Shown piece by piece: positions 36,073-48,800 of a stretch of 64,000 nt of DNA (position 1 is the first letter of the stretch; the number at the start of each line of letters is the position of its first letter). A program made the position numbers and the translations under genes. Origin of the DNA: Camelus ferus (lineage: Eukaryota); NCBI RefSeq assembly GCF_009834535.1, contig NC_045696.1, positions 8,558,001 to 8,622,000 on the forward strand. The letters run 5' to 3'. The notes beneath the pieces were generated by a model that worked only from the letters and a program-made list of their open reading frames with translations, was not told the origin of the DNA and did no database searches.

Positions 36073-38106
36073 CAGGGACCACGGTGGCAGTGATCTCTGC
36101 CTCTCACTGCAGTGGCCCATACCTCACAGGTACACACACCCCAGGTGAGTCATTTTGCATCGCCCTCCCCACCTCCTCCTCTCTGGGCTCTAATGGATGG
36201 AACTTGAGCCAAATTCAGCCCTAGTAAGAGCTGAATGCCTGCTTTCCCCTCTTTATTGAAGATACCTGGCCAACAGGAGGTTCATACCTGGAGACCTGGG
36301 GGGTTTTCTAGGCAGAGTCAGGGTTTACTGGAGAATCGGGTCCACCTCTTAGCCCATGAAGCAGTACTGAAAAGGAATAAGAAAATGCCACAGTCAGAGC
36401 GCTGACACAGCAGCTACCCCTAACAGATCTCGCGATCCTCCAGGGAAAACAGAATCAGCCATCCTGGGTCAGTGCTGGGAAATACAGACCCGGGCAGTTC
36501 CATCTGGTGCTTGAAGACCGAGAAGTTGCCCTCCTGGAGGACACAGTGCTTGCCTTGCTGAGAGACAGAGAAGATGCCCCTTAATTCCGGTGTGTCTGGT
36601 CCCCAGGTCAGGGCACACGGTTGGGGGAGGAAGCCCAGGTAGGATTTCCGCCTGCTCGGTGGGGCAGCCCAGCCGCATGGCTGCAGCCCTCTGGGTAATA
36701 CGTCAGTATCTGGACCAGGCTCTGGAGCCCCCCGACCCTCCTAACCTCCCTGCCCCTCCTCTCCACCCTGACCTGTGCAGCCTTCCACAGCATCCTTTAC
36801 TGTACCTCACATGGCACTGAAAATAATCTGTTTATGTGCTGGTTTCCCAAAATAATAGAGCATCTGTGCCACGCATATCGGTTCGTTTAATCTTCACAAT
36901 AACCCAATGAGTTAGGGATCACGATAGTCCTCACGAAGAGCTGGGCATGAGAGTTCCATGATTCACTCTCTGGTCCCCAGTCCAGGACAATGTTGTAGAG
37001 AGAAAACGCTCAGGACGCTGAGTTGAGTGATTGGTGTAATGAGTGGTGTTTACTGGCTGTTTAGAGAAAAGAAATACATCATGTCTACTCAGCACTTTTC
37101 CTACTTTCTTCCTTCTCATCATCACGTCTCTGTCTTATCCCTGTATTTTCCCAATCCTTCCTCCACCACCTCAAAGACAAAGATTTAAGCCAGCTGAAGT
37201 AAAGTAGCCATTAAAAACAAAGTCTCTTAATTGGCTAAAATTACATTTTTCTGTTTGCTCTCTGCGGTTTGCGAAAGAATGAGGTTGATGTTATGGTTTC
37301 TTTGGAAAATGCCCTTTGAGAACAGGGACAGTTAATGACTGTTTCCCACTGAGTCCAACAGATGGTGCCAAGTACCCTGTGGGCACAGAGAAAATATTAA
37401 TTGATGTTGATTTCCTTACTTATTATTTAAATACACTAAATGGCCCCTAAGAAGCTTCCGATGAGTTGACATGTTACCCCAAATACATGACTTATCCAGG
37501 GCATCCTTTACTCTTTATTCACTGAGAGTTCGGTGTGTCCCTTTGTGAGGTCTATTCATTTAGTAAATCGGATGAATTTACACAGGAAGAAGTGGAGTCA
37601 GATTTGGTGATAAAAATGAGAGAAAGTACTCCTGACTTTAACGTTTCCCCACTTCCACAGCATCTCAGCTTCAGCTGAAAAAATTAGGCTGTTGGACATT
37701 TTTGGTGTTCGCGTTGCTGGGAAATAATTTTCTTTCAATCCCCAAACAGAAACCTTCTCATTTTAAAATAGGAAACATTTTAGAGTTATCAGTGTCATGT
37801 ATTGTTGAGAGGTTCCAGAATATATTAGGCAGATGAGTATTTAAAGTGGTATAAATAAGATTTCTCCTGTCATCACTTATGTAGATTAAGGTCCAGACTA
37901 TCTCTGTGGATTTCTGATAAGCCATCAACAACCATGAAGGATGATTTTCCTTGGCTGATGTTGCTAATAAGTTGTCAGCTGATTAGCGCTGAGGGCTGGT
38001 TAGATTTGCGCTGTGTGTGGTTTGATCATGCAGGGAAGGACAGCAAAGGGGATTTTGATCATGTTGTTAGAGCATGATTGCATTAGACAGTAAAATAGGA
38101 CAGAAT

Positions 38107-38428
38107 AGGGTTCGCAATCCATCTCTTGAACCCTTGAGCCAGACATGTCTTGAAATTCAGAAGTTTTCAGATTTTGCACCGTAATTTAATAGGCATGTAT
38201 CACACATTGTATACCAGCCCTAGCAAGGTTTGCAACATCACTCCATAGTCTAAACTGTTAAGATGTCTTTAATCAAATATATTGATATCCCATCAGTGAG
38301 AGAAGGACTATGCATAGCCACCTGTCACTTCAGGGACAGGTTTGGCCCCAAGTGAGTTAGTACAAAAATTTCAATTTCCAGAAATTTTTGGATCTTGAAA
38401 TTGTCATAAGGGATGGTGAACGGGTGTA
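38107..38428. mobile_element. MER46C-like Tigger MITE
   Basis: aacccttgagccagacatgtcttgaaattcagaagttttcagatttt...caggtttggccccaagtgagtta...tttttggatcttgaaattgtcataagggat...gta. Confidence 0.8.
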
Positions 38429-39094
38429 ATTAAGGTCCAAAATGTTCATGTTGCCAACAGAAACTGCCAAGGAAGCTCAAATCAGACAACCACGGCATGT
38501 TTGATAAAATGCCACCCACGATCCTGTCCTGGGAAGGACTTTCCATTTTGAGACACTACTTTCTGAAATATCTGGAATCTCTATCCAGAAGAAACAATCA
38601 GTCTCCACTTATTGTTCTGGAACATGGACTTAATGATATGAAATCTTCATTTTTGTTTGAATAATTAATATACTGGTAGAAATTCAAAAAAATCTCTAAC
38701 AGAGCAAATCTTGTCATGTGTTCCTTCAGACCTTATATGTGTGTGTAATTTACTCAATGCAGACACTAGTCATTTGTCTTTTTAAATTTAAAATTAGAAC
38801 ATGTGTTTTTCTACATATTTTGCTTTCTTTATAACTGTCATTTTGAAGAACTTTCTCTGAAGCAAAATTGAACGCGGTGTTCTTCTGCTATCTTGGAAGG
38901 AGGGGCAGAAAAACACAGGGAACACAACAGAAACCAGTTCTCCTGCCTGCCATACAGGTTAAATGCTGCTGTTAATATCAGCAAAGTAATTGTCAAGATC
39001 TTGATCAGGGACACTTGTGCCCGGATGGATACAGTTTTACAAAATAAAAAAATAACATCAAAATGAATACTATATGGGCAATGCATTTATTTTA

Positions 39095-39190
39095 ACAAAT
39101 GACTATGGGACCTAAACCAAGTCACTTAACCCCATAAGGACTTGATTTCTACCTCTGTAAAATCAGAAATTTTATGAAGTTTCTAAGCCA
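39095..39190 (+). mobile_element. MIR core fragment
   Basis: caagtcacttaacc...tttctacctctgtaaaat. Confidence 0.55.
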
Positions 39191-39456
39191 CTGATTATCT
39201 GTTAAGCAAGGAAGAAAAATGTTTTGTAATATAGATAATGTTCCAGTGACAATGAACATTGTCAGCTTGAAGAAATACAGTATCATTAGGATTTATTGAT
39301 TATATTATTACTTATAACTTTTAAAAAATTATCATTTCCAGTGATTCAATTTCTATTAGAGCTAAGCTGATGATTGGGTATTTTGGAGTTTTGAGTCCAT
39401 GTTAATCTGTCCATATACTTTTCGAGAGCTGTGTTATCATCAGCTACTGAACTGAC

Positions 39457-39459
<3 letters not shown>

Positions 39460-39488
<29 letters not shown>
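39460..39488. repeat. Poly(A)29 tract
   Basis: Direct count. Confidence 0.95.
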
Positions 39489-39492
<4 letters not shown>

Positions 39493-40156
39493 TGCAGCAA
39501 AATGAATTTAGTGGAAGTGTAGTGAACTGAGATGAACTCTGTTCAGCACAGGAGGTAATGTCACTCTCTCAGAATGTTAGAGTTTCTCTCTTTTTTTTCT
39601 CTTGGTCAAGAAATAAGACATCCTTGGACTTACGCTGAAATTTTAAAACTTCAGCCAAGGACTCCGACAGAGTGACATTTGTGGGGATATACAGATGACA
39701 TCTTCCTTAAACAGGCAAGGAGAATTCTATAAACTGGAATTTATGAACTAAATTAGTGTGAAATTAATAGAAAGATGTATCTGTTAAATGCCAGGATTTC
39801 TAACACAACCAGGAAAAGTTTTGCCTATTTACTTTTCCCCCTTTGATTTTATTTTGTGCTCAGAGCCATCGTTTAATTGTCCTTTCCTCACTGTCACTGG
39901 AGAAAGGCCATCTGCTCCATTCCAGTGGCACTTTGATTGGCCTCTAGTGTGAGATGCTTTGCAAATTGACCCACTTGGACATGAGACGAAAGACGGCTCT
40001 AGAGCACACTGTCACCAGTCTTGTCCTCACAGCTTTCCACGTTGATGGTGGCCCCTTTCTGATCATGGAGATCTCCTCCTTCCTCATACTTTGGCTGCAG
40101 AGGAAACTCCAATATCAAAATGGAAGAAGAACTTGTGTTTTTCCCCAAGTTCACAC

Positions 40157-40312
40157 TGTAGAGCACAGGGAACTATATTCAGTATCTTGTAGTGCCTTAT
40201 GGTGAAAAAGAATATGAAAATGAATATATATATGTTCATGTATGAATGAAACATTATGCTGTACACCAGAAATTGACACAGCATTGTAAACTGACTACAC
40301 GTCAATTAAAAT

Positions 40313-40340
<28 letters not shown>
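40157..40340 (+). mobile_element. Short L1 3'UTR fragment with (CA)n-converted tail
   Basis: tgtagagcacagggaactatattcagtatcttgtag...cattgtaaactgactacac, then (ac)n at ~40314-40338. Confidence 0.88.
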
Positions 40341-40345
<5 letters not shown>

Positions 40346-40469
40346 CACAAAAAGAGAGAGGAAAAAAAAGAAAAAAATGGAAGAACAGTGTTTATAATGC
40401 CGAGGCCAAGCAGGAAAAGAGCCAACTTGGAGGTTTTTCTGGAACTTTCTGTTCTTATAGATGTACTTA

Positions 40470-40680
40470 TTTCTCAACAGATATTTATGGAACTTTCATT
40501 CTTCTGGTGCTAAGACTCTGGTGCTAGACTCTCGAGTTAATAGAGAAAAGAAAATAGTTGCCCTCAAGGAGCTTAGGGTCTACTCTAAAGGAGAAAAGCA
40601 GGAAGCAGACAAATAAAATAGACAAACTGGTGGATAAACATAGTAGAGATTGACTTGGGAGGGAATCCTAAAGAGGTGGT
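40470..40680 (-). mobile_element. L2 3' relic
   Basis: tcaacagatatttatgg...tgccctcaaggagcttagggtcta; internal tandem duplication of tctggtgcta(a)gac. Confidence 0.55.
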
Positions 40681-42844
40681 TATTGGAAACTTGGTTCTAG
40701 TGGTTTAGATATCGCTTGTTTTTGTGTACACTTAAATGAAATTTCTTAGAAAAATACTTGAAAATCAGAAGATTTGTAAACTAAGATTCTTAACAAATCT
40801 GACCACTCTAGTTCCTTGGTTATTATGTGAAACAAAGGAAAAAGATTTGGAGTGGTGTTGTGAGGAGGCCCAAATTATTGTTCCCGTTCTGCCTTTGACT
40901 ACCCTTGAAATCTTGTATGAGTCATGTGACTGCCTCGGATAAGAGAATTCCTAATTCATATAAGAATGAAGCTGGTAGACCAGATAACCTCCCAGACACT
41001 TTACAGCTGTCACACTCTAGGATTCTGATCAATGTCTTAAAAAATTTTAAAAGAAGCTTTTGATGATTGGAGCTCAAAAGTGTCTGCTGAGGCTATTAGA
41101 AAGCCCATTACTTCAGTCTATAGTGTTATCCTACTCTTCCTGTTGAAGTGCCCTGCAAACATGGCCCATTACACACTCAGCGAGCTTCAGATGTTTCCCT
41201 TCACTGTTGTCCTTGGCAATGACATTAGACCTTTTTTTTTTTTTTTAATTTAAGAGGTCAAAAATACTTCTAAATTTAAAATTTCAACTGGGAAACCTAT
41301 AGGATAAGCAATAGAAGTTGCTTTAATTCAGTAAAAATTGATTCAAGAAACTACAAATTTTTCATTTCATAAAGAACGGCAGACTTTATAACATATAGAA
41401 TGAATGAAGAATGCTAATGGGAACAATCGGGCAAAATTTTATACGATCTGCAAAAATCAGGATTTCTCCCAAAAATTCAAGAGCTGCAGCTTCATCATTG
41501 AAGCTAAACAATATCCCCCAAAAGCCTTTGTTTGCCCTAATATTCCATAATGTTATGCTTTTACAGTCAATAAGCCATTAGTAATCAAGGGATGTATAAT
41601 TTATTAATTACACTCCACATTAATATTTAATCTTTTTGGTTGCTGAGCATATTTCTAAATCTACTTTTTAATTACATTTTAGGGATATAAATCTTCCAGG
41701 CAACCATTAGAAAAGTAATTTTTCTGCACATTATGATGCCAATTACTTTAAAGCAGCTGGTTGTGAATTCTTGCAATGATACTTGGTAAAGTGGCAATCT
41801 TGGTGCATGGGTACTTTTCACTCATTTGGAAGCTAATCGAATAGTATTGAGAAAAAAAGTGTTACAAAGAATTCACAAAGACATAGCCTAGCCAGGGGGA
41901 GAAAGGGAAAGAAACAACATATGTCAGACGGGATGTTATCCACAGCCATAGCGGCCCCCTTAACCAGGCAGCACCAGTCAATGGTGAACATTTCCTGAGT
42001 TTTAAGCAGATCTTGGGCTCTGGGTTTAGTATTTATGGTTCACTGAAATAAGAAAGGCTGTTCTGTTATGACTCTTGTCCAACTAATGGCATTTTTAAAG
42101 CCATAAACAGAACTTCCTTATTTTTTTACCCCAATAGTCATGTCAGATGCCAGTGATGATGATTCTGTCTTTCTGTTTTCTTGAATCTCTGATGAGCTGC
42201 CTACTAACATTGCTTTGGCTGACATTTGAAAAAATCAGATTCCCATGCCTTTGAAAACTTTAGTGCCAGTTCCCTTAGGTTTATTTTGCTTGTCTGGTGT
42301 TTTATGTGTTATTAATTCTTTTAAAAAATTACCTTTGTACTAGAACAATTTTTGAAACTGAGTTCTAAATTGTTTCATATACTCAAGCTTTGGTGGTGGT
42401 GACAGTGGTTTCAGCAAGAGGTAGACTGAGGCAGTAAATTATATTTGGGGAAAGGATCTACTCATTTATAACAGAGCATCATTTCTGAAAACTCTGCCTT
42501 TCCAAAATAATCTCCCTCGGGGGTTTGCTGTTGTTACTGAACTGGATCTGAGATTTTTCACCATAAAAATCACTCCTTAGGCTGGTCAAAATATAGGCTA
42601 AGATGCCTGCGGGTCAGGCAGGAAGAAGCAGGTGTGCACCCACATTGTTCTCTTAGCTTATTTGTGTGTCCTAATTATGCAGTTTATCTCCTGTATCCTT
42701 CTGAACTTCGATTCTCACTATGGCAATTTAAAAAATCTCTTTATTTATTTAGAGGCTCAATTATTTTCTTCATTTAAAAATATGAAATATATCACATATA
42801 CAGGAATGCATACAACTGAAACATACTGCTGGTGAGTTTTTAAA

Positions 42845-42975
42845 TGTTCTCCCTCCCCTACTAGTTTGTAAACTTCATGGAATCAAGGACTCTCTCATGT
42901 TCATTGCTGGATCCCTGGGGTTTGACACAACACCTGGTACATAGTAGGCCTTCCAAAAATATTTGTCAAATAAAC
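42845..42975 (+). mobile_element. L2 3' end
   Basis: ctagtttgtaaacttcatggaatcaaggac...tgttcattgctggatccc...cctggtacatagtaggc...aaatatttgtcaaataaa. Confidence 0.8.
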
Positions 42976-43050
42976 CACCGAAAAAATGGGGGTGTACTTT
43001 TTATCCACAGAATGAAAAATCTTTGGAAATTTTCTTTTAAAGAAATATTT

Positions 43051-43138
43051 GTGTATACGAATGACTGAAACATTATGCTGTACACCCAGAAATTGATACA
43101 ACATTGTAAACTGACTATACTTCAACAATAAAAGGAAA
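43051..43138 (+). mobile_element. ~90-bp L1 3' tip with TSD
   Basis: gactgaaacattatgctgtacacc...cattgtaaactgactatacttcaa. TSD aaagaaatattt (43039-43050) / aaagaaaaattt (43139-43150). Confidence 0.85.
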
Positions 43139-44254
43139 AAAGAAAAATTTAGAGGGAAGATAAGTTACCTTTCAAGGAAGATATAAAGAAATTTGAAAGT
43201 GAGGATGACATTTCTTTATCTTCATATGAAGTTTAACAACGGATTGGTTTCTGTTGTTTCTTATTTGAGGTCTTGTTTTCTTATCAGAAGAATAGAATGA
43301 CCTGAGTTATGATGTAAACTTCTTTTCTACCCATTTTTTTTTCTCAGCTTCCTATTTAGGTGAGAAAATTTTTGTTGACGCTGGAAATTATAATTATTTT
43401 CTCAGTCTGGAATGCATGATATTCCAAGAGAGCTGTTCCCTTCTTCAAAAGTCAATTTCTGTTTTTAATAACCCAAAAGTGATAGTCTAAAAATACCTGT
43501 AATGAGCACACATATACTGTACGTATTTGCCACCTTCTGCCTTTTAATGTGTTGGGGTAAGTCATGGACAGCATGGTTTACTTAACAGTCTACTGGCCAA
43601 CTGGTCAACAACACTAGACCCAGACACTGAATCACCTTTAGGGGATTTGTATTTGAGATGACACATGAGTGATTGTGTTTAAAAGCACCTGTCGTCCTAG
43701 TTGCTCTGGTGGCCCAGGGGAAGCAGTCTTTTTGGCTTTAGAACTTTCCATTATAGAGTATGGGTTAGATGTACATAGACCTCTTTTCCATGACACTTAC
43801 TGATTCACAATCAGGCAGTTGGGTCATTGGTTGGGGGAGCTTGAGAAGTCTAGACTGAAGTCTAGGGTTCTGTGCTGCTCTCAGGGGAGAATTAAAATTG
43901 GGAAAGAAAGATGAAAGGAGGTAGCAGAAGTTAAAAAAAAAGTGGTCACGATCCTTACGACACAGAAGAGTCAAAAGAAAAAGACAATAGATATAAAGAA
44001 AAAATGAAACATCGTTTTTATAATTGTTCTTAGCTGGCCATTCCTCACCTCTTGCATACATCTGAAGAGATGGAGGGAACTTTAAAAATCATTCCTTGCA
44101 GAATAGTGCCTCAGGTGAATAAAGGGTTATATTTCCATCCACTTCTGGTGAGGTTGGAGGAGGAACATTTAGACCTCACACCCTTGTCTTAGGGCAACTA
44201 AGTTACAAACCTAAACAGCCTTTGGCATGTGACATGCTATTTCATTAAAATATT

Positions 44255-44291
44255 CATAATCATAACCATAATCATAATCATAATCATAATC
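44255..44291. repeat. (CATAAT)n hexamer microsatellite
   Basis: About six tandem cataat/cataac units. Confidence 0.9.
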
Positions 44292-44617
44292 AATCACAAC
44301 AGTAGCCTGCAGCGAAGGTTCACCTCCATGGAATTGCCTTTCTCCATTTTGGGGGAATTCCATGTTTGTGGCGGGACCCTTTGTTATCCACATGATTTTC
44401 TTTAACTGGATGCACAAAACAGTAACTGAGCCTGGCTCAGTTTGCATCCTATTTCTACCCCAGTTACTCCCTCCAGAAACGTCTACTATTGATTTACTTT
44501 TTCTCTGGAAGGAACTTTTCTCCCTTTCTCTCCTTTCTTCATTTTTTTCCCCTCTCTCTTGGTTTCCATCTGTTTTCTTTCCCTAAACTGGACTCTTTTC
44601 TCTTTTATTTTCTTTCT

Positions 44618-44731
44618 TTCTTTTTTTTTTTTAAACACTTTTTATTGATTTATAATCATTTTACAATGTTGTGTCAAATTCCAGTGTAGAGCACAATTTT
44701 TCAGTTATACATGAACATATATATATATTCA
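44618..44731 (-). mobile_element. ~114-bp young L1 3' tip with perfect 21-bp TSD
   Basis: tttctcttttattttctttct at 44597-44617 and 44732-44752. The body is near-identical to the 3' ends at 1085-1180 and 53045-53140. Confidence 0.93.
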
Positions 44732-45149
44732 TTTCTCTTTTATTTTCTTTCTGTTTATTCTCTGAAGCCATTATCTTATTAGGAAAGGGTTGGGAATGAA
44801 CAGACAAGGGATATCAGCGGCCACGCATTTCCCAGTCGAACCGCACAGGTGACAGTGAGGCATCTTTCCTGGAAGGATTTTCCCTGAGTGGAGATGTGTT
44901 TGTGTAGAACATTATATGCCCCCTCTGCATTTTTAGGGTCTCCTGTATGGTTTTCTCAATGACTGATGGAAGTTAAGAATGCCTGTGAATGCAACTGAGT
45001 GGGTTTCAATGTAAATTTGAATGACATGAGTGAAAGGAGGATAATTAATGAGCTTAAGGGTGAACATTATTAAAGGGCTGAATTCCCTGCAGTGACTTAT
45101 TCTGAGGATAGGCTTACTGAAGGAGTACCAATTGATAGAATAAAAACAA

Positions 45150-45335
45150 TAATAACAGATACATATCATATTCTACCATGTGCCTCCTCTATGCCAGACA
45201 CCGTGTGTTATTCCTGATTGTTACAGCTGTTCTACTGGTGAGTGTTACTATCTAGTCTGGAAATGGAAATCTTGGCTCACAAAGGTTCAGTAATAATCTC
45301 AGGATTCATAGCCAAGTTCTTTCTGACCTGGTGTT
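45150..45335 (-). mobile_element. Degenerate MIR
   Basis: ctctatgccagacaccgtg...ggaaatcttggctcacaaaggttcagtaataatctcaggattcatagc. Confidence 0.5.
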
Positions 45336-45605
45336 CTTGCTGCACATTTTGCTGTCTCTGGAGGACGTGGGAGGTAGACATCTTGGTAGACATCTTGCCA
45401 TTTAGATGACCATAGATAATTCAAGGACATGTTAAAGAATTTCAAAAGCTAACTCTGTCCTTTTTCCCTTTCACTTCCCATCATTTGAACCTAATTTTTA
45501 ACATTGATCCTTCATAAAGTTAGGTTTTGTACTCTTAAGTTCCAAATCATTGGATCTTTTAATTTTTCTATTTTTATACAAAGGACATTGAAACTAAATG
45601 TTTCT

Positions 45606-45853
45606 GAGCAGAGTGTAGTGGTAAGAGCATAGATTCTGAAACTGAACCATCTAAGTTCTTAATTTGAATTCTGCTACTGGCAGTGTCACTAGAGCAAGTT
45701 ACTTACTGATTCTGTGCCTCAGTTTCCTCTTTGTATTATACGCCTTACAATGTACTTATTTTATAGGTTGTAGAGAAACTATAGTCAGTTAATATATGTA
45801 AAGCTCTTGGACAGTGTACATTCTAAGCGTAGAAAGAGTAGTGTTAGCTATTC
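45606..45853 (+). mobile_element. Near full-length MIR
   Basis: gtgtagtggtaagagcatagattctg...gcaagttactta...ctgtgcctcagtttcctc...gttaatatatgtaaagctct...tgttagctatt. Confidence 0.88.
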
Positions 45854-48800
45854 TTATTTTATGTTATTTTCTTTATCTCAATTGACATTTAAATATATAT
45901 GATATAACAGCAGGATAAAATCATAGTTGATGAATTCAATACAATAAAAATCAAACCATATCAACTTTCATGATGATTCAAAACGATACTGTTTTTCATG
46001 CATCGGATACAGTTGATCAAATTACAATGAAATAAGAAACTCTGCATAAATCAATTTACTGTGCAGTAAAGTTGTTGTGAAATCTCTTTCTTAAGTCCCC
46101 AGGTTGGAGCTTTGCAAAGTGAGGTGTGGAATGACCTCAACTGCAGAATAATGAAAGATACCAGAAACCATCAACTCCAGGTTTGGAGAAACCAGATCAA
46201 ATGTGAATTCCAAGGGAGAGCAATGCTGTCCTATTGTTAACTTCTCTTTAGATTGCTTTGAGCTAATGTTCAGTGTTAATGCCTGGCAAATCCCAAACAG
46301 GGAAAACGTAGGTACTTATCTTTCATATTCTATATGACTAAAATTAAAGTTGATTTGTCCATTAAGCAGTGCAGTAACAGGTCTTCTGACTTTTCATAAG
46401 GCATTAAAGAAATGACGCATATCAAGAAGACATTCTATTTCAAAAGAATACTAATCAATGCTGAGAACATTTGCTATAAATTATTCACATTTGTTATAAA
46501 CTACTCCATCCCTTTAAAAATTAACAGTACACAACCTATAATCAAGGAACAAAAGTAGGGCTACCTTGAAAAGTTTGAATATGAGGGGCTGATTACAATA
46601 AGAGAGCAAATACGATTCTAGGACTTGGGTTCAGTGTATTATGAGGAATAAATTACCATGGAGCAGCCTTACATCTGATAAAACGTGATCCCTGCTCCTG
46701 GTTGTGTGTTCTTTCACCACACATTAATATTTCATGCAACCATTTCAAAATAAAGCCATAATGTGAGTCATAAATCACAAAACAGTGGTAATAAACCACT
46801 TTGGTTTATATTAGCTGTATACAGATGATACTTAAGTATTTCCACCATTAGCATGGACTATTTGGGCTTTCTCTGAACCACATTTGCTCTATTTCTTCCA
46901 TTTTAAGTGGTGGGAATATGGGAAACAATGCTAAATTCATTCATTAGTAATAAAACAGTGCTATTTGTTCTCATAATTGATTTCATTTCAACTTGGATCT
47001 GTGAAAATGATAGCACAGCTGAAAATGACAATATTATTGACCTTGTTTTATCAAAGGGCATGCCTTCCCAATGAAACCTGCTGAACGGTAAAGGGGCATC
47101 AAATAGAAATACAATAATGAAAGAAAAAATAGAACAATGTGTTGAATATTGGAATGATTGAATGTATAAATATGGTTTATACTCATTAATGAATGGCTTA
47201 TTCTTTATATAAGCTCCCCAAATGAGGTTGTTACAATGTATCCTCTTGGTATTATTATTGTTATTAATTTTCTTTTGGTTGCATTCTAGAAGAATCTCTT
47301 CCACCCTATTGCTGGAGTATTCTTGAAATTGTAGTACTAACATCTGAAGAAGCTAGATAAGGTCATACCTGGAAATATATATGCCTATATTCTAGATGTG
47401 AATAAAAACCCCATGAGTGGAAGCATCTTGAACTCATAAAAATAGACTCCCACCAATTAGACATATTGACCAAGACATAAAACACATACATATATTACAG
47501 ACTTGTAAATATTTGAAGGTGAGGCTCCCGGTGGTTTATTGTGCTTAACCTCACATAATCTTCAGGATGAGGACACTGTTTATGGATCAACAGTTGGGTT
47601 GGTTTGCGAGCTGATGGCTCATAACTCATAAAGCAAGAGTGAGGTTGACATGTAACGCCCTTGATGGATGCTTATGGTTTCTCTCCGAGGCCAGGTGTGC
47701 AAAGAGACCAACCCTGCTTCATCAATAAAAAAAAAAGTAAACAGGTATAGTCACTGGATTGGGATGTGGTTGGAATGGGAATACTAAAAGGATTCACAAA
47801 AGCATATTGAAAAAATACTAAAGCATTATGACTAAAAATTAGTGATTTTTTATTTATCAAAATTTTCTTGATTTTTAAAAAGTATATTGATCAAAAGTGA
47901 ATGCCTCAAATCTCCTTGAGGCACAGGTTACGTGTTTGAGAGATGTGAGCTGAGCTCCTCAAATCCTGGAAAACATATGTTGAAACTGAAGAGTGTAATG
48001 ACTGCTCAGTCCCGACATGAAAATGTGGTCCCTGTTGTCAGGTCATCGGATTTTTATGTATTGACAACCAAATCAGCTTAGAAGACAAACTAGCCTGGGT
48101 AGGCTAAATGTATTTGCCACTCTGATTTGCTCTGCCAGTTACCAGTTTGGGATATGAGTGTCCATATCTAGGCAGGAATTCGAATGTAAACATCAATATT
48201 GTCTTTTCTAAAAAGAATCTATACTGTGTCTCAGGTTTTCTTTTTTTAATTTATTTTTTTATTGATTTACAATGTTGTGTTAGTTTCTGGTGTACATTTA
48301 TACATATATATATATTCTTTCTTATTATAGATTATTACAGGATATTGAATATAGTTCCCTGTGCTATGTAGTAGGAAATTGTTTATCTGTGTTATGTATA
48401 GTAGTTAGCATCTGCAAATTCTTAGCTCCCACTTTATCCTTCCACCCCCTTTTCCCCTCCTGGTAACTTTAAATTTATTTTCTTTGTTTACGAATCTGTT
48501 TCTGATTTGTAAATCAATTCATTTGTATCAATTTTTAGATTCCAGATATAAGTGGTATCATATGATTTTTGTCTTTCTCTTTCTGACTTACTTCACTTAG
48601 TATGATAATTTCTAGGTTCATCAATGACATTGCAGGTGACATTATTTTATTCTTTTTATGGCTGAGTAGTATTCCATTGTATAAATATATCACATCTTTA
48701 TCCAGCCTTCTGTCAATGGACATTGAGGTTGCTTCCAAGTCTTGGCTATTGTAAATAGTGCTGCTATGAACGTTGGGGTGCATGTATCTTTTCAAATTAG

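Noticed and set aside
36378..36584. ATG-less ~67-codon frame (...GQFHLVLEDREVALLEDTVLALLRDRED...)
   Set aside because: Looks protein-like but is unrecognised and lacks a start or a good acceptor; the length is expected by chance at this GC content.
46103..46180. Possible 78-nt in-frame exon (VGALQSEVWNDLNCRIMKDTRNHQLQ)
   Set aside because: The donor CAG|GTTTGG is weak, the peptide is unrecognised and there are no partner exons.
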